A stretch of 20,751 nt of DNA from Candidatus Thalassarchaeaceae archaeon (GTDB lineage: Archaea; Thermoplasmatota; Poseidoniia; Poseidoniales; Thalassarchaeaceae). The translations under genes were made by a program, and so were the position numbers. The stretch lies in assembly GCA_030747675.1 (NCBI GenBank), contig JASLKH010000090.1, positions 1 through 20,751 on the forward strand, given 5' to 3'. Numbering within the stretch: the stretch's first letter is position 1; each line of letters opens with the position of its first letter. The notes beneath the pieces are model-generated. The model saw nothing but the letters and a program-made list of their open reading frames with translations. It did no database searches and was not told the origin of the DNA. Below are positions 1 through 11,100 of the stretch, in pieces.

Positions 1-1
1 C

Positions 2-676
2 GGAATAGCACTTTTCATGCGGTATGTTATGATGCCACAAATGAATGGCCCTGCTAGTGTACTTTGGTCCCTACCTCTTTTGCTAATATTGATTTTACCG
101 ACAATGCATAGAACCATTCTCAAAAAATTTGCTGAGAGATATACATTTGGAAATTGGTTCAGAGGGTCTTTTCTTTACACATTTACATGGCTTGCATTAA
201 CATTCGTTCTAGTCAACCCCCCTCTGGCAGACATTGCAGCCCCTGAAATTGCGGGTGATGGCGTTTTACTGGATATAGATAACCCTGAATATTGGCAAAC
301 TACTGACGAATGTATTGAGTTAAACGCTACTGAAACTACTGCACAGAGAACAGGTTTTGCTTTTGCTGTCCGTGATAATCAAAATGCTGATGATGTCAAC
401 GTCACTGTAGTCCTAATCCAAGGCGAATCTGAAATCCAAAGATGGACTGGTAATGCTGATGACTTGCGCGGTGACTGGGATTTAGTTTCGAGTAATGTTT
501 CTGGTATCGGGTCTAAATCTTATGACGTCCCTATTTTGGTAGAATTTGACCAACCTCTTGAATCAGGAAGTACCTACAGAGTTGTCGTAAATTTAGTTCA
601 AGAAGGTGACCCGTGGATGTTGGATGAAGACGAAACTTGGGAATTCAAAATTGGATTAGTTTGCACAGAAGAGTGA
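2..676 (+). CDS. Hypothetical membrane protein, 5'-truncated (N-terminal TM helices followed by a soluble beta-rich, probably extracellular domain)
   Basis: Frame is open to the window edge (GIALFMRYVMM...). Hydrophobic segments VLWSLPLLLILILP and FLYTFTWLALTFVLV are followed by NPPLADIAAPEI and an acidic domain with N-x-S/T sequons. Stop TGA at 674-676. Confidence 0.8.
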   Translation, partial: GIALFMRYVMMPQMNGPASVLWSLPLLLILILPTMHRTILKKFAERYTFGNWFRGSFLYTFTWLALTFVLVNPPLADIAAPEIAGDGVLLDIDNPEYWQTTDECIELNATETTAQRTGFAFAVRDNQNADDVNVTVVLIQGESEIQRWTGNADDLRGDWDLVSSNVSGIGSKSYDVPILVEFDQPLESGSTYRVVVNLVQEGDPWMLDEDETWEFKIGLVCTEE

Positions 677-757
677 CACTTTAACTTGTATTCGTGTGAC
701 TGAATCACTTTCAGTTTCAAAGTTACGAGCTCTCTCATCCAAATTGAGGTAATGCGC

Positions 758-1045
758 ATGCCTCGCCAGTGGGAATTACAGGTAGGCGAAAATATGCTCA
801 ATGAAATTACTGAAAAACGCTTGACAGAAATGATGGAATCACTGGCTTCTCGTGCAATAAGAAGACGGTTTAGCCAAGCCTTAGATTTGCTTTGTTGGAC
901 TCCTCTTGCGCCAATGATTAGATCTGCCCGACGTTCACGAGTCCTTGACCAAACCCATCAAATCCGAATGCGTAAAAAAACAGCAGAGATTTGCGCTGAA
1001 GTGCGAGAAAATCATGCAGATTTACTTGCTCCTGCTTGGGCTTAA
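758..1045 (+). CDS. Small basic/helical hypothetical protein (~95 aa)
   Basis: GAGGT SD-like motif lies 7 nt upstream of ATG 758 (only 1 nt from ATG 752). The ORF fills the gap between ORF1 and rfcS. Its TAA stop overlaps the rfcS stop in a shared TTAA (1042-1045). Confidence 0.65.
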   Translation: MPRQWELQVGENMLNEITEKRLTEMMESLASRAIRRRFSQALDLLCWTPLAPMIRSARRSRVLDQTHQIRMRKKTAEICAEVRENHADLLAPAWA

Positions 1046-2001
1046 TTGCTTGACAAGGACGAGCATATTGATGCTGTTAAAGAGTCGAGTTGGAGTGCTT
1101 CGCCACCACCTTCGACTAATCGAAAATCGATTTCAGCCATAGTTTCAGTCAAATCCAATTTCTGTGCTTCGGTCAAAAAATCAGCATCATACAGAGTCCT
1201 GTGCAATTGATTCACCAAATCGGTCCCTGCCAACCCAAATGAATCTAAAATTGTCCGTAAACGCCGCCTTGCAGGGTGAAAACCATCCTCTCTACAGGCG
1301 AGTAGATATCCATGTAATTCTTCTGGCGGTGCGGTGGCAGTCGTTTCGTAAATCAATGCGCGAGTGACATGTGAATTTAGGCTAGCACTCACTTGCAATG
1401 CAGTAATTGCTCGACGCAGGTCTCCAAGGCTGACGTGGACGATTGCCTCACATGCATCTTCGTCTAAATCGACATTTTCAGCAGCAGCAACAGTAGTGAT
1501 TTGCCTACGCACTTGATCATCAGCGAGTGGTCTAAATCTGAATACTGCACAACGTGATTGGATAGGCTCAATAATTTTCGATGAATAATTACAAGAAAGG
1601 ATGAATCGACACGTTTCAGCATATTGTTCCATGATGCGACGTAGGGCACCTTGGGCATCTGATGTAAGCGCATCTGCTTCATCTAGAAAAATAACTTTGA
1701 AATCAGCACCACCAAGAGTCCTAGTTCTTGCAAATTGCTTGACTTTTGTGCGAATACTCTCCAACTTTCGTTCATCACTTGCATTCATTTCGAGAATATT
1801 GTCACTGTAGTTGTCACCAAAGACATCTCGGCAAAGGGCAAGTGCCGCAGTAGTTTTTCCGGTGCCAGGTGGCCCTGCAAAAAGGAGGTGTGGGAAAATT
1901 CCATTTTTCCCATAAACAGCCAACCGCTCAACCGTTGCCGCTTGTCCGCGGATATCACCCACAGTACGAGGGCGATGCTTCTCAACCCACATCATTGCCA
2001 T
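1042..2001 (-). CDS. rfcS: Replication factor C small subunit (archaeal clamp loader), no intein
   Basis: N-terminal WVEKHRP, Walker A GPPGTGKT, ELNASD-like EMNASDER box, Walker B FLDEAD, SRC motif (IQSRC) and GDLRRAI; 319 aa. Confidence 0.97.
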   Translation of the reverse strand: MAMMWVEKHRPRTVGDIRGQAATVERLAVYGKNGIFPHLLFAGPPGTGKTTAALALCRDVFGDNYSDNILEMNASDERKLESIRTKVKQFARTRTLGGADFKVIFLDEADALTSDAQGALRRIMEQYAETCRFILSCNYSSKIIEPIQSRCAVFRFRPLADDQVRRQITTVAAAENVDLDEDACEAIVHVSLGDLRRAITALQVSASLNSHVTRALIYETTATAPPEELHGYLLACREDGFHPARRRLRTILDSFGLAGTDLVNQLHRTLYDADFLTEAQKLDLTETMAEIDFRLVEGGGEALQLDSLTASICSSLSSN

Positions 2002-2072
2002 CTGATTCAGGGTGTCCTTGGCGTGGGTGTCAATGAACCTTCGCTATGGCAAGAATGGTATCAAATATCGTC

Positions 2073-2103
2073 TGCATTGACCATACGTAGTATGGTCGAT
2101 GTA
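2073..2103. promoter_or_regulatory. Dyad (14-bp arms, 12 Watson-Crick pairs plus 2 G-T, 3-nt GTA spacer) in the rfcS / giant-gene divergent intergenic region
   Basis: TGCATTGACCATAC-GTA-GTATGGTCGATGTA read directly. The inner 8 bp GACCATAC/GTATGGTC are perfect. Function is inferred. Confidence 0.5.
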
Positions 2104-2136
2104 CCACAACCACTTAACAGCAGGACCACCCCTCAG

Positions 2137-2145
2137 GGGGTGAGG
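2137..2145 (+). promoter_or_regulatory. Putative ribosome-binding site of the giant surface-protein gene
   Basis: GGGGTGAGG contains the archaeal SD core GGTGA, 5 nt before ATG 2149, which begins a signal-peptide-like sequence. Confidence 0.5.
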
Positions 2146-2148
2146 CGT

Positions 2149-5100
2149 ATGACGAGCGTAGTGACAAATTGGAAATCAGCGAGTGCTTCTTTACTCTTGG
2201 TTGGTATGATGTTGTTGAGTACCTGGGTTGGTATTTTTGACATTAATCAGAAGTTGGATGACACCACAAAAATTCAGAGAATTACTGCTAGTGATAGCTT
2301 GACTATGGATACACAGACAAATTCTAGTCTTCCATCGAACACATACGGCAGTGCTCAAAACTTGATGATCGGAGATGCTGAATTCACCAGTGCCAAAATC
2401 CTAGCCTCCTTTGATTTAACAGGCACAAGCGGCACTCTGCAAACAACTTCTGTTGTAGAATCAGCATCGATTAGCCTCCATTGCCAACGATTTTCCCAAT
2501 TAGCAGTTGGTGGTACGACCATTTATCCTGCAATGCTATTGGCTAACTATAGTGAGTCAAATGCGAATCATAATGAAAGTGATACAGGAGTTAATTGGAA
2601 TGTATCGGGTGCTGATGGCTTAGGGGTAGACCGTGATCAGTGGGAGCCAGGAACATCGGTTACAATTAGCTCTAGTGCCACAGTGGAGGTTAATATCACA
2701 GCCTTGGTGCAAGATGCATTACGTGATGGGAAAACAAACATGAGCATCATCCTTTCAGCGGTTGGTCAGCCAATTTATTGCTCGTCTAGTGAGCATACAA
2801 CGACTGCTTTCCGACCATCAGTAGACTTTGTCCATTCAATTGGAATTGCAAATACACAAGGCTCAGTTAACGTAGATGGTCCTCTATCTGGCTCCATTTT
2901 GTCCGACGAATCTCAACTTGCGATTCGACCAAATTTACACCCTACTGTGTCTTGGTCCAATATGACAGGAAATGGCCTTGAAATTCAATTCTCAAATGGA
3001 AATGACTTCCGAGCTGTATCAGATGGTGATTGGGTGTGGAATTCTTGGGATGACTCAAGTTCGTTCTCAATGAACAATTTTGAATTCGATACTCCAAATT
3101 CAAACCTATCTGGAGGATCATGGGTATTCTTCCGCATGCGAACTACAAATGATACGATCCTTGGCCCTTGGTCTTATGGCGGTCATTTCGGTCTCCCTGC
3201 ATCGATTGGGACAGTTGATTTGAACAATGTTGCTTCGATTGAATTAGGGAATGATTCCATCGGTTTAGGATTTGGAACAGTTCATGATACATGGATGCTT
3301 TCAGGAAATTCATCTTACAACGGTGAGCAAGATTTCCGATATCGAGTGGGTCATTCTAATTCCAGTACTGAGCAAAACATGGAAGCTATTTTCAAACTTA
3401 ATATGGGTACGATCCCACTTCATCAAAATGTGACAATTGAAGATGCCACATTGAATATTCGAAGAACAGGGAGAACTGGTGCCCCAGTGATTTCTGTATG
3501 GGTTTTGGATTCATCTGGACATGTGATGTCCGAATTAAATTGGGATAATTCAAGCAATGGCGTTGCTTGGAATGCACAAGAACGTGTTACGGAATTTGGT
3601 AATCTTGTGGGTTCAGTCGATGGAAACCAGAGTTATGCAACATTGAGTTGGGATATATCTTCAGTAATACAGAATTACCTGCGCACTAACCAACAAGGAG
3701 ATATTGATTTCTTAATCACTGGATATGGGCTTGCAGGAGAGGAAATTGAATTTGCATCGGGTGACATTGATGCACCTTCCTACCGCCCACATGTTGATAT
3801 TGATTATACATGGGGCGATAATAGTGCTACAGCCCTTTCATCTTCGGTGCAGCCCGACGGAAGGGCTGCATGGGATGTTTCGAGTTGGTCCCTAGTGAGT
3901 ACGTTGACACCCACACTTAGTTGGAATGTGACATACGATCCAGTTTCAAATTCAGCAAATGATGTCATCATCGAATTAATTCCAGGAGGCTCTGGACCCG
4001 GAGAGGAAGTAATGCACAGAGTCGACAGCCGAACTAACGGTGGGTTTGATTTGGCGAATGGTGAATTCACAATACCATCAAATTGGGGACTTGGTTATGG
4101 AGAATGGTATTCATGGCGCATTCAAAGTGTTGAGAATGATGAACGTAGTAATTGGTATTCAACTAAATTATTGGTATCAAAAGTGAATTCTTCTTCCTTG
4201 GGTAATGGGGATCATGAATTGCGACTGAGCCATGGGAATGGTACATTGCCAACTTCACAGCAGTCACCTGAATGTGGCGATACCACTCTCGAAAGTGGGT
4301 TGGCATCAAGTACAAATCTTGACAACCAAGATTTGACAGCAAGTTCCACTCAAGTTATTTTGATTGGTTGTAATTTACCCTCTCACCAATTACCCGATGG
4401 TATGGCAGTAGTTTCTGCTACACTACGTATGCGTACACACCAATATTCTGGAATTTCAACATTCCCAGTCTCATTAACACTTCACGAAAGCAGCGAGCAC
4501 AATTGGGATGAATCCGCAGCAACATGGAATACTACTGATGGAGTTACACCATGGAACGGTGTTGGTGCTAGCGGAACAGAGAGAGTAATGGCTCTAGAAA
4601 GTGTAGATATTGAATATGATTCTACTTGGTATGAATGGAATGTTACAGGAGCAGTTCAAAGTGCAATGCGTTCTGGTGTTTCAGCAGATTTCATCATGAC
4701 TTCTACTAGTTCCACCTCTGTTACATTCTATGATCATTCAAATGTAAATCATCCTCCGGAGTTGGTCATAATTTACACAAATGGTTCCAACGCAGCACCA
4801 AATGTACCAATCGATATGACTCCAAGTAATGGGGATTGGATTCTCAGTGGTGACTACACCTTCACGGTTGATCAGACTCCAACCTTGTCTTGGAATGAAA
4901 CAGGAGCTACTGTCGCTAATGGTTGGCAGATTCAAGTTGATGGTGATAGTGGGTTTGGTTCAAACTCCTTGCTTACTTTTTCTTCATGGATTGACACAAG
5001 TTCATTCAGCGGTACATCATTCACATTTGCAAATGATTTGAGTGAAGGTGAAGAATTCTACTGGCGCGCTCGTGGAATTTCTGCAACAGGACAAATTGGC

Positions 5101-8100
5101 TTGTGGTCTGTAGGCACCAGCTTCGTTATTCCTGATTTGGATGTATACCAGATTGATTCAGATACATACAAAGTGAATATGGGCCATGGGGATATTTTGT
5201 CTGATGGCAGTATGCCATTGTTTACGGACACCTGGATTTCTTGGGCGCCCTCAAGTTTGAATGATACTCACGCCAGTGATGACACCCTCTTCATTTCCGG
5301 AACATCGAGTGCTCTTATCGAGATTCCAATCGATGGAATTGGTGCACTACCATCTCCAGCCAATGCGAAATTGGTAAGTGCGTCCATCAGTTTCCATGTA
5401 TCTACCAACAACTCGAGCACACCCTCAATCGCCATCTATGAAACCTTACAAGATTGGAATTCTTCATCAACTGGACTTGCTTATGATGGCACAACAAACT
5501 GGAGTTCTCTTGGAGGATCAGGAATTCAAGATCGTTCCGAATGGATTGATGTTGTTATTGATCAAGCGGCAAGTGTGAGAATGGTTTTGGACATATCTGA
5601 AATCGTTCAAGCAGCCATGACACGTGGCGATGATAGTGTGGGCTTGATGCTCAGTGTCGAGGCAAATTCCAACGACCGAATTGTGTTGGCCAGTACAGAG
5701 ACACAGTTTGATGCCAATGAACCCGAACTATCTCTGACTTGGCAGAATGGCACCGCTACACCACCGACACAAGCGGCGACCATTGTTTCTCCCGCGAATA
5801 GCGATATTCTGTGGGACTTCCCATCAATGTCTGCAGAGGATAACCCTGTATTCACATGGAGTCATCCAGCAGCGTCCAATGTTACCGACTGGCGATTATT
5901 CGAATACTACACGAATGATGGCCCTTGGGCCGGCTTAGGAGTCGTCGACAGTCGAGAATGCGGTTCTACCTGTATTTTTGATATGACAAATATGTCGTTG
6001 TCCTTCCCATCTGTCTGGCTTGATCAAGATGAAGAATATTCTTGGATTATTCAGCCGATTCAAGATGGAATGTATGGTCCACGTTCATCAGTTGAAGACT
6101 TCATTATCCCAAACGACATTGGTGATGCGGTCAACAGTACCGATTACTGGGTTGACTTGTCGAATGGAAATGCACATGCTGGAACTGGAAGTTATGATGT
6201 CACACAGGGTGCATACATCGATTCTTGTACTCCAAATACAGCATTTGGTTCCTTCGCGAATTACTTACCCATAGGGTCCTCAAATGGGGGTCCAGGTTGT
6301 ACCAATGCAGGTCATGAATCCCGCTCTTTACTGAATTTTAACATTTCAAATGTACCAATAATGGATGGTAATCCATGGCAAGTTGCCGAGGCTACTGTGG
6401 AATTGTATCGATGGGGTGGTTCATCTAGTTATACAACTAGTATTTCAGTATCAGATACATACTGTGACTGGGTTGAAGCAAGCGTTACTTGGAATGATTG
6501 TGCCACCAATAATTCATGGCAAACATCTGGGGCATATGGTGTAAATGATGCAGGTGTGCCTGTATCAGTTACCGATGTCAGTACAACAGGTTGGTATTCT
6601 TGGGACGTAACTCCATTGTTACAACAAGCACGAAGTAGTGGTACCGACGTACTGAACCTCCTATTTGCTTCAGAGGATCCAAATTTGATTGCTCGCCATT
6701 CATTTATTCATGAAGATGCAACTGGTTCTTATTTATCGTATAGACCAGTGCTGAATATCACTTATCGCGCAGGTTCTCAATCAGTACCATCATCCCCCAC
6801 TTGGGATTCATCCCTCACCACGAATGGTCCATTCACCTCTTGGGATTCTAGCTCATTACGACCAATACCACTCAATCCCTTGAATTCGGTTTGGACCCAC
6901 CCCTCAGCCAGCACGATTGATTCTTGGGAGATACAACATGCGTTAGATGAGCGGTTTACGGATTCTTCGAGAATTTACGATTCTAGCGATTCTTCAACAT
7001 GGCTAAACTCCACCTTTGATATCACGAACTTAACGATGTTGACACCTTCCAGTGAAGCCCAAGGAGATCACTGGAATCATCTACGAATTCGTGCTGTGCG
7101 AGATGGTGTTTACAGCAATTGGTCGGCCCCATTCCAAACTCGAGTTCCCGACGAGCAGGGTAGCGATGATGGAGCAGGAAATTATACTGTTACTATGCAA
7201 AGAGGTGTAGTGTTCACTGATTCTGGATTATTGCCATCAATGCCAGATACATGGATCGGTTCCAATGCTATTGGGCAAACCCAAAATCATGGCGCTGAAA
7301 CTACAATTAAAGTTGGAGTGGACCCTGGTTCTTCTGGACATGATGCAGTAGGTTTAGTCTCTATTGATCTAACTGAATATCCATATCCATCGACAATGCT
7401 CCCAACATCTGTAACTCTACGAATGTATGTTGCAAGTATCACAGGTACCGGCGCTCATAGTATCTCGATTCATGACTGTGCTTCATTCACAGAGTCGACA
7501 ACAACATGGGGTAATTTTAACCCAAATACCCAATGTAATGGCACAGCATCATCTTCTATGACCTCTACAAGTACGAATGCAGGGGTTTGGTATGAATGGG
7601 ACGTTACAGGAATTGCACGTTCTGCTTGGCTTGGAAGTGGCGTCATGTCGATGGCTTTGAAATCATCTTGGGCCGGAACAATTTCCCTTACTTCTGCCGA
7701 GGGTTCAACCACATATGCGCCTGAGTTAGAAGTTGAATATGTAGATAATCCAAATAATGCTTCTTCACCAGTTCAGGTGTCTCTTGTTTCTCCTGAACAT
7801 TTGGAAGTTGTTTACGATGTCAACGGCCAGTACACACTTGGAGTAGATACTAGACCAGCCCTAATCTGGAATGGGTTAAGTGATGCTACAGGATATGTTC
7901 TCATCCTGAGTAATGAAAGTGGTTCACAAACGTACCAATCGTGGGATTCAAACAGTAACTCAGGTTTCATCGCTTGTAGTTCGCAACCTGCTTCAACTTG
8001 CTCATGGCAACCGACTTTTGACCTTGCAGTTGGGGAAATTTACACATGGTCCATACAGGCATTGAATGGTTCAGTCCCAGGTCCACGTTCAGTGCCCTGG

Positions 8101-11100
8101 ACATTTGGGATTGGTAATCCAGATATTACATATGTTGGAAATCACGTTCACACCATTAAAATTGAAGAAGGTGCAGATGTCGAAGATCTTGGACATGTGC
8201 CAATTTGGGACACTCATATCAGTGAAGGTGCACCCAGTACCGCACATGGGTCAGAAAATCTGCTTCAAATTGGAAATGGGTGTGATTCAGGCTCAACTAA
8301 TCGTTGCTACGGATTATATGAGGTCGATATGGGACTCATGGGCGCACTTGACTTGTTGTCAGTGAACCCACATTCTGCAAGTCTTTCGGTTTATGTTCAA
8401 GGGATTGCAGACATTAGTGGTGCGAATTATTTGGATTTGACAGCTTATGCAATAATCAATCCAAATTATGAGGAAAGTGGAGCAACTTGGGATTCAGCAA
8501 CTACAGGTGTCAATTGGAATCAGTCTGGAATGCAATCTGGAATTGATTACAGTAATCTCCCATTGGATACGGTCCGAGTAATGGGTAGTTTCACTGGTGG
8601 TTGGATTACTTTTGATGTTAGTGGGGCAATGACGACAATGAATGGTACAGTCTCAATTCTCATTATTGGAACTCCAAATTCAGGAAATATGCTTCTTGAA
8701 GTTCGTTCAAGTGAATGTTCTCTCTTCAATTGCAAACCTAAGTTAGAATTCAATTATACTTCGGTAGATTCAATTTCAATTAGCGGGCCTTCTTCAACAG
8801 ATGCAGATACAGCTGTTAGTTTCTCAGGAAACTTACTCGATTCGGCCGGCGGAACTTTGGCAGGGGATTTGATCTGGACTTCAAGTAGTGGTTCTATTGA
8901 TTCAAATGGCTTATTCACGCCTGACCAGACTGGAATTGTGCAAATTACAGCAAGCTTTGGTCAAGTTAGTGTTATGCAAAACATCACAGTTTCTGCAGGA
9001 GTCCCCCTCACACTGATTGTGACACCACTTGTGGCTTCTCTGACGACCGATGATGTGTTTGAACTTGGCCAAGTGAAGGTGATTGATGCTAATGGGAATG
9101 TTGTGCCTGGTGAAGTAATCACATTAGGGGCAAGTAATGGTACCATTGTGCCCGGTACAACGGTCACCACTCCAGTGTCTGGCGTTAGTTGGGTGCCGTG
9201 GACAACAGGGCAACAATTCTTGAATATTTCATGGCAGTCCCAAACAATTTCTATCCCAATTACAGTAACCGTGGGCGTCCCTGATTATTTCGAAATATTC
9301 GGTGACAGCACTATAGAAGCGGGTAACTCTTCAACATATGATTTCACAATACATGACTGGCGAGGTAATCAGATGGATCGTTCAAATGCTGGACCAATTA
9401 CTTGGGGTGCAGTTAATGGAGACATGGATAATTCAACAGGAACATTTACTGGAGATTCTATTGGTGAATGGACTATTTGGGTAGAAGATTCATATTGGCA
9501 AATTAGTAGTACATTCATTGTTACAGTGAACTATGGAGATATTGATGATTTAAAGGTAATAGCAATCGGTCCAAATACAATCATTGTTACAAGTACGCCT
9601 ACAACCTCGAAAGTCGATTTAACTGCAGATGAGAGTGTTACATTCACAACAATTCGAATTGATGTGAAAGGTAATGAAGAGACCGTATTTGTCCCCTTAT
9701 CCTCATGGTCGAGTAGTGACGAGTTGTCGGTATTTTCGGACAATTCCTCCAACTATCCTATCAAGTGGGATGCATCGAAGCCAGGGTTACAGACGGTAAC
9801 AGTTTCACTGGAAGGTGTATCGGTAACAATCCCGATGAATGTTGAACATGGAATACCTGTTCGTATTGAAGCAGATGCTGATCAGACTACTCTGGCAAGT
9901 GCTGACCCACGTGAAGAAATTGAGTCATATGCCTTTGATGCAGATGAAAATCGTTGGCCGATTTCAGCAGAAGAATGGTCATTTACAAATTCCAATGCTG
10001 ATCCAGAATGGCTGGAACATAGTCAAGGGACTTACACATTCTTCTATCCAGTGACAGAAGGTACTTGGGAAGTAGAATTACGATACACGGATTCATCAAT
10101 ACCAATGACATTCTATGATTCGATTGAATTCATTGTAGTCCCTGGTGTTTTGAGTTATATCACAGTGGCCGAGGATGCCATTATTACCGCTGATGAAACA
10201 CATGATTTGGGACCAACTGCTACCGATGAAAATTACAATACATTACCTGTTGATGGATTGTACTGGTATATGTGGGACAATTCCAATTCCCAATCCCGTC
10301 CTTCAGCATGCTCCATAAGTCTTGGTTGGGATGACATAACCGATTCAATGCGATCGGACAGTTATGTATGGAACGCCTCATTGGTTGGCACATACACAAT
10401 TTGTGCAATTGGAGGTAGCGGGAGTGCAGCATTACCGGCAATGTCTGAGGTAGAGGTAGTTCATGGTGAAATCGCATCTGTTTGGCATAGTGCGTATATC
10501 GGTTACGAGTACAATGGAGAAGGTGAGTCAGTCCATATCGGAGAAGTTGAGAATATGCAATCCACCTCAATCATAGCGGGCATGAGTCCATTTGTCACAC
10601 TTTCAGTAATGGATTCGGATGGTAACGTTTTCTTCCCCTGGGATGTAACTTGGACGAGTAACAGTGTCGAACAATTTTCAGAGGGTGATTATTTCATCGT
10701 GAATGAGGGAATAGGTTACACATTCCTAGGTACGAAAAATCAGACCTTTGACCTTGAATATAGTGTTGGTGACTGCACGAGTTGTACTGGTATTTGGACT
10801 GTGAACATTGCATATGCTGAATTAGCCTCAATCACAGCAGTTGCAAGTGCATCAGGTGTTGTCCCTGGAGACAGTATTTCAGTTGAACAACAAACAACCA
10901 TTACGATTACCGCAACAGGAGCCGATCAATTTGGAAACCCAGTTCCAATTAGTTTATCCAGCCTTTTCTCAAGTGATGCAGATTCAAATTTGAATGCAGT
11001 TACGAGAATTGATGACACCACATATGAGGTATACATGTTGAATGAAGGATCTAATTCAATCACTGTAATGGATGGTGTAGTTAGTGATACAGTGGAAGTG

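Noticed and set aside
677-751. Short overlapping inverted repeats (GTGA-N5-TCAC; ACTGAA-N5-TTCAGT) after ORF1
   Set aside because: Arms of only 4-6 bp are expected by chance.
1042-2001. rfcS without adjacent rfcL, possible intein
   Set aside because: Length and motifs are those of an uninterrupted subunit. An unlinked large subunit is not unusual.
1735-2148. N-terminal 138-aa extension of the 3246-aa ORF in the track
   Set aside because: It overlaps rfcS antisense by ~267 nt and lacks signal-peptide character. The SD and signal peptide point to ATG 2149; ATG 2092 lies inside the dyad and has no SD.
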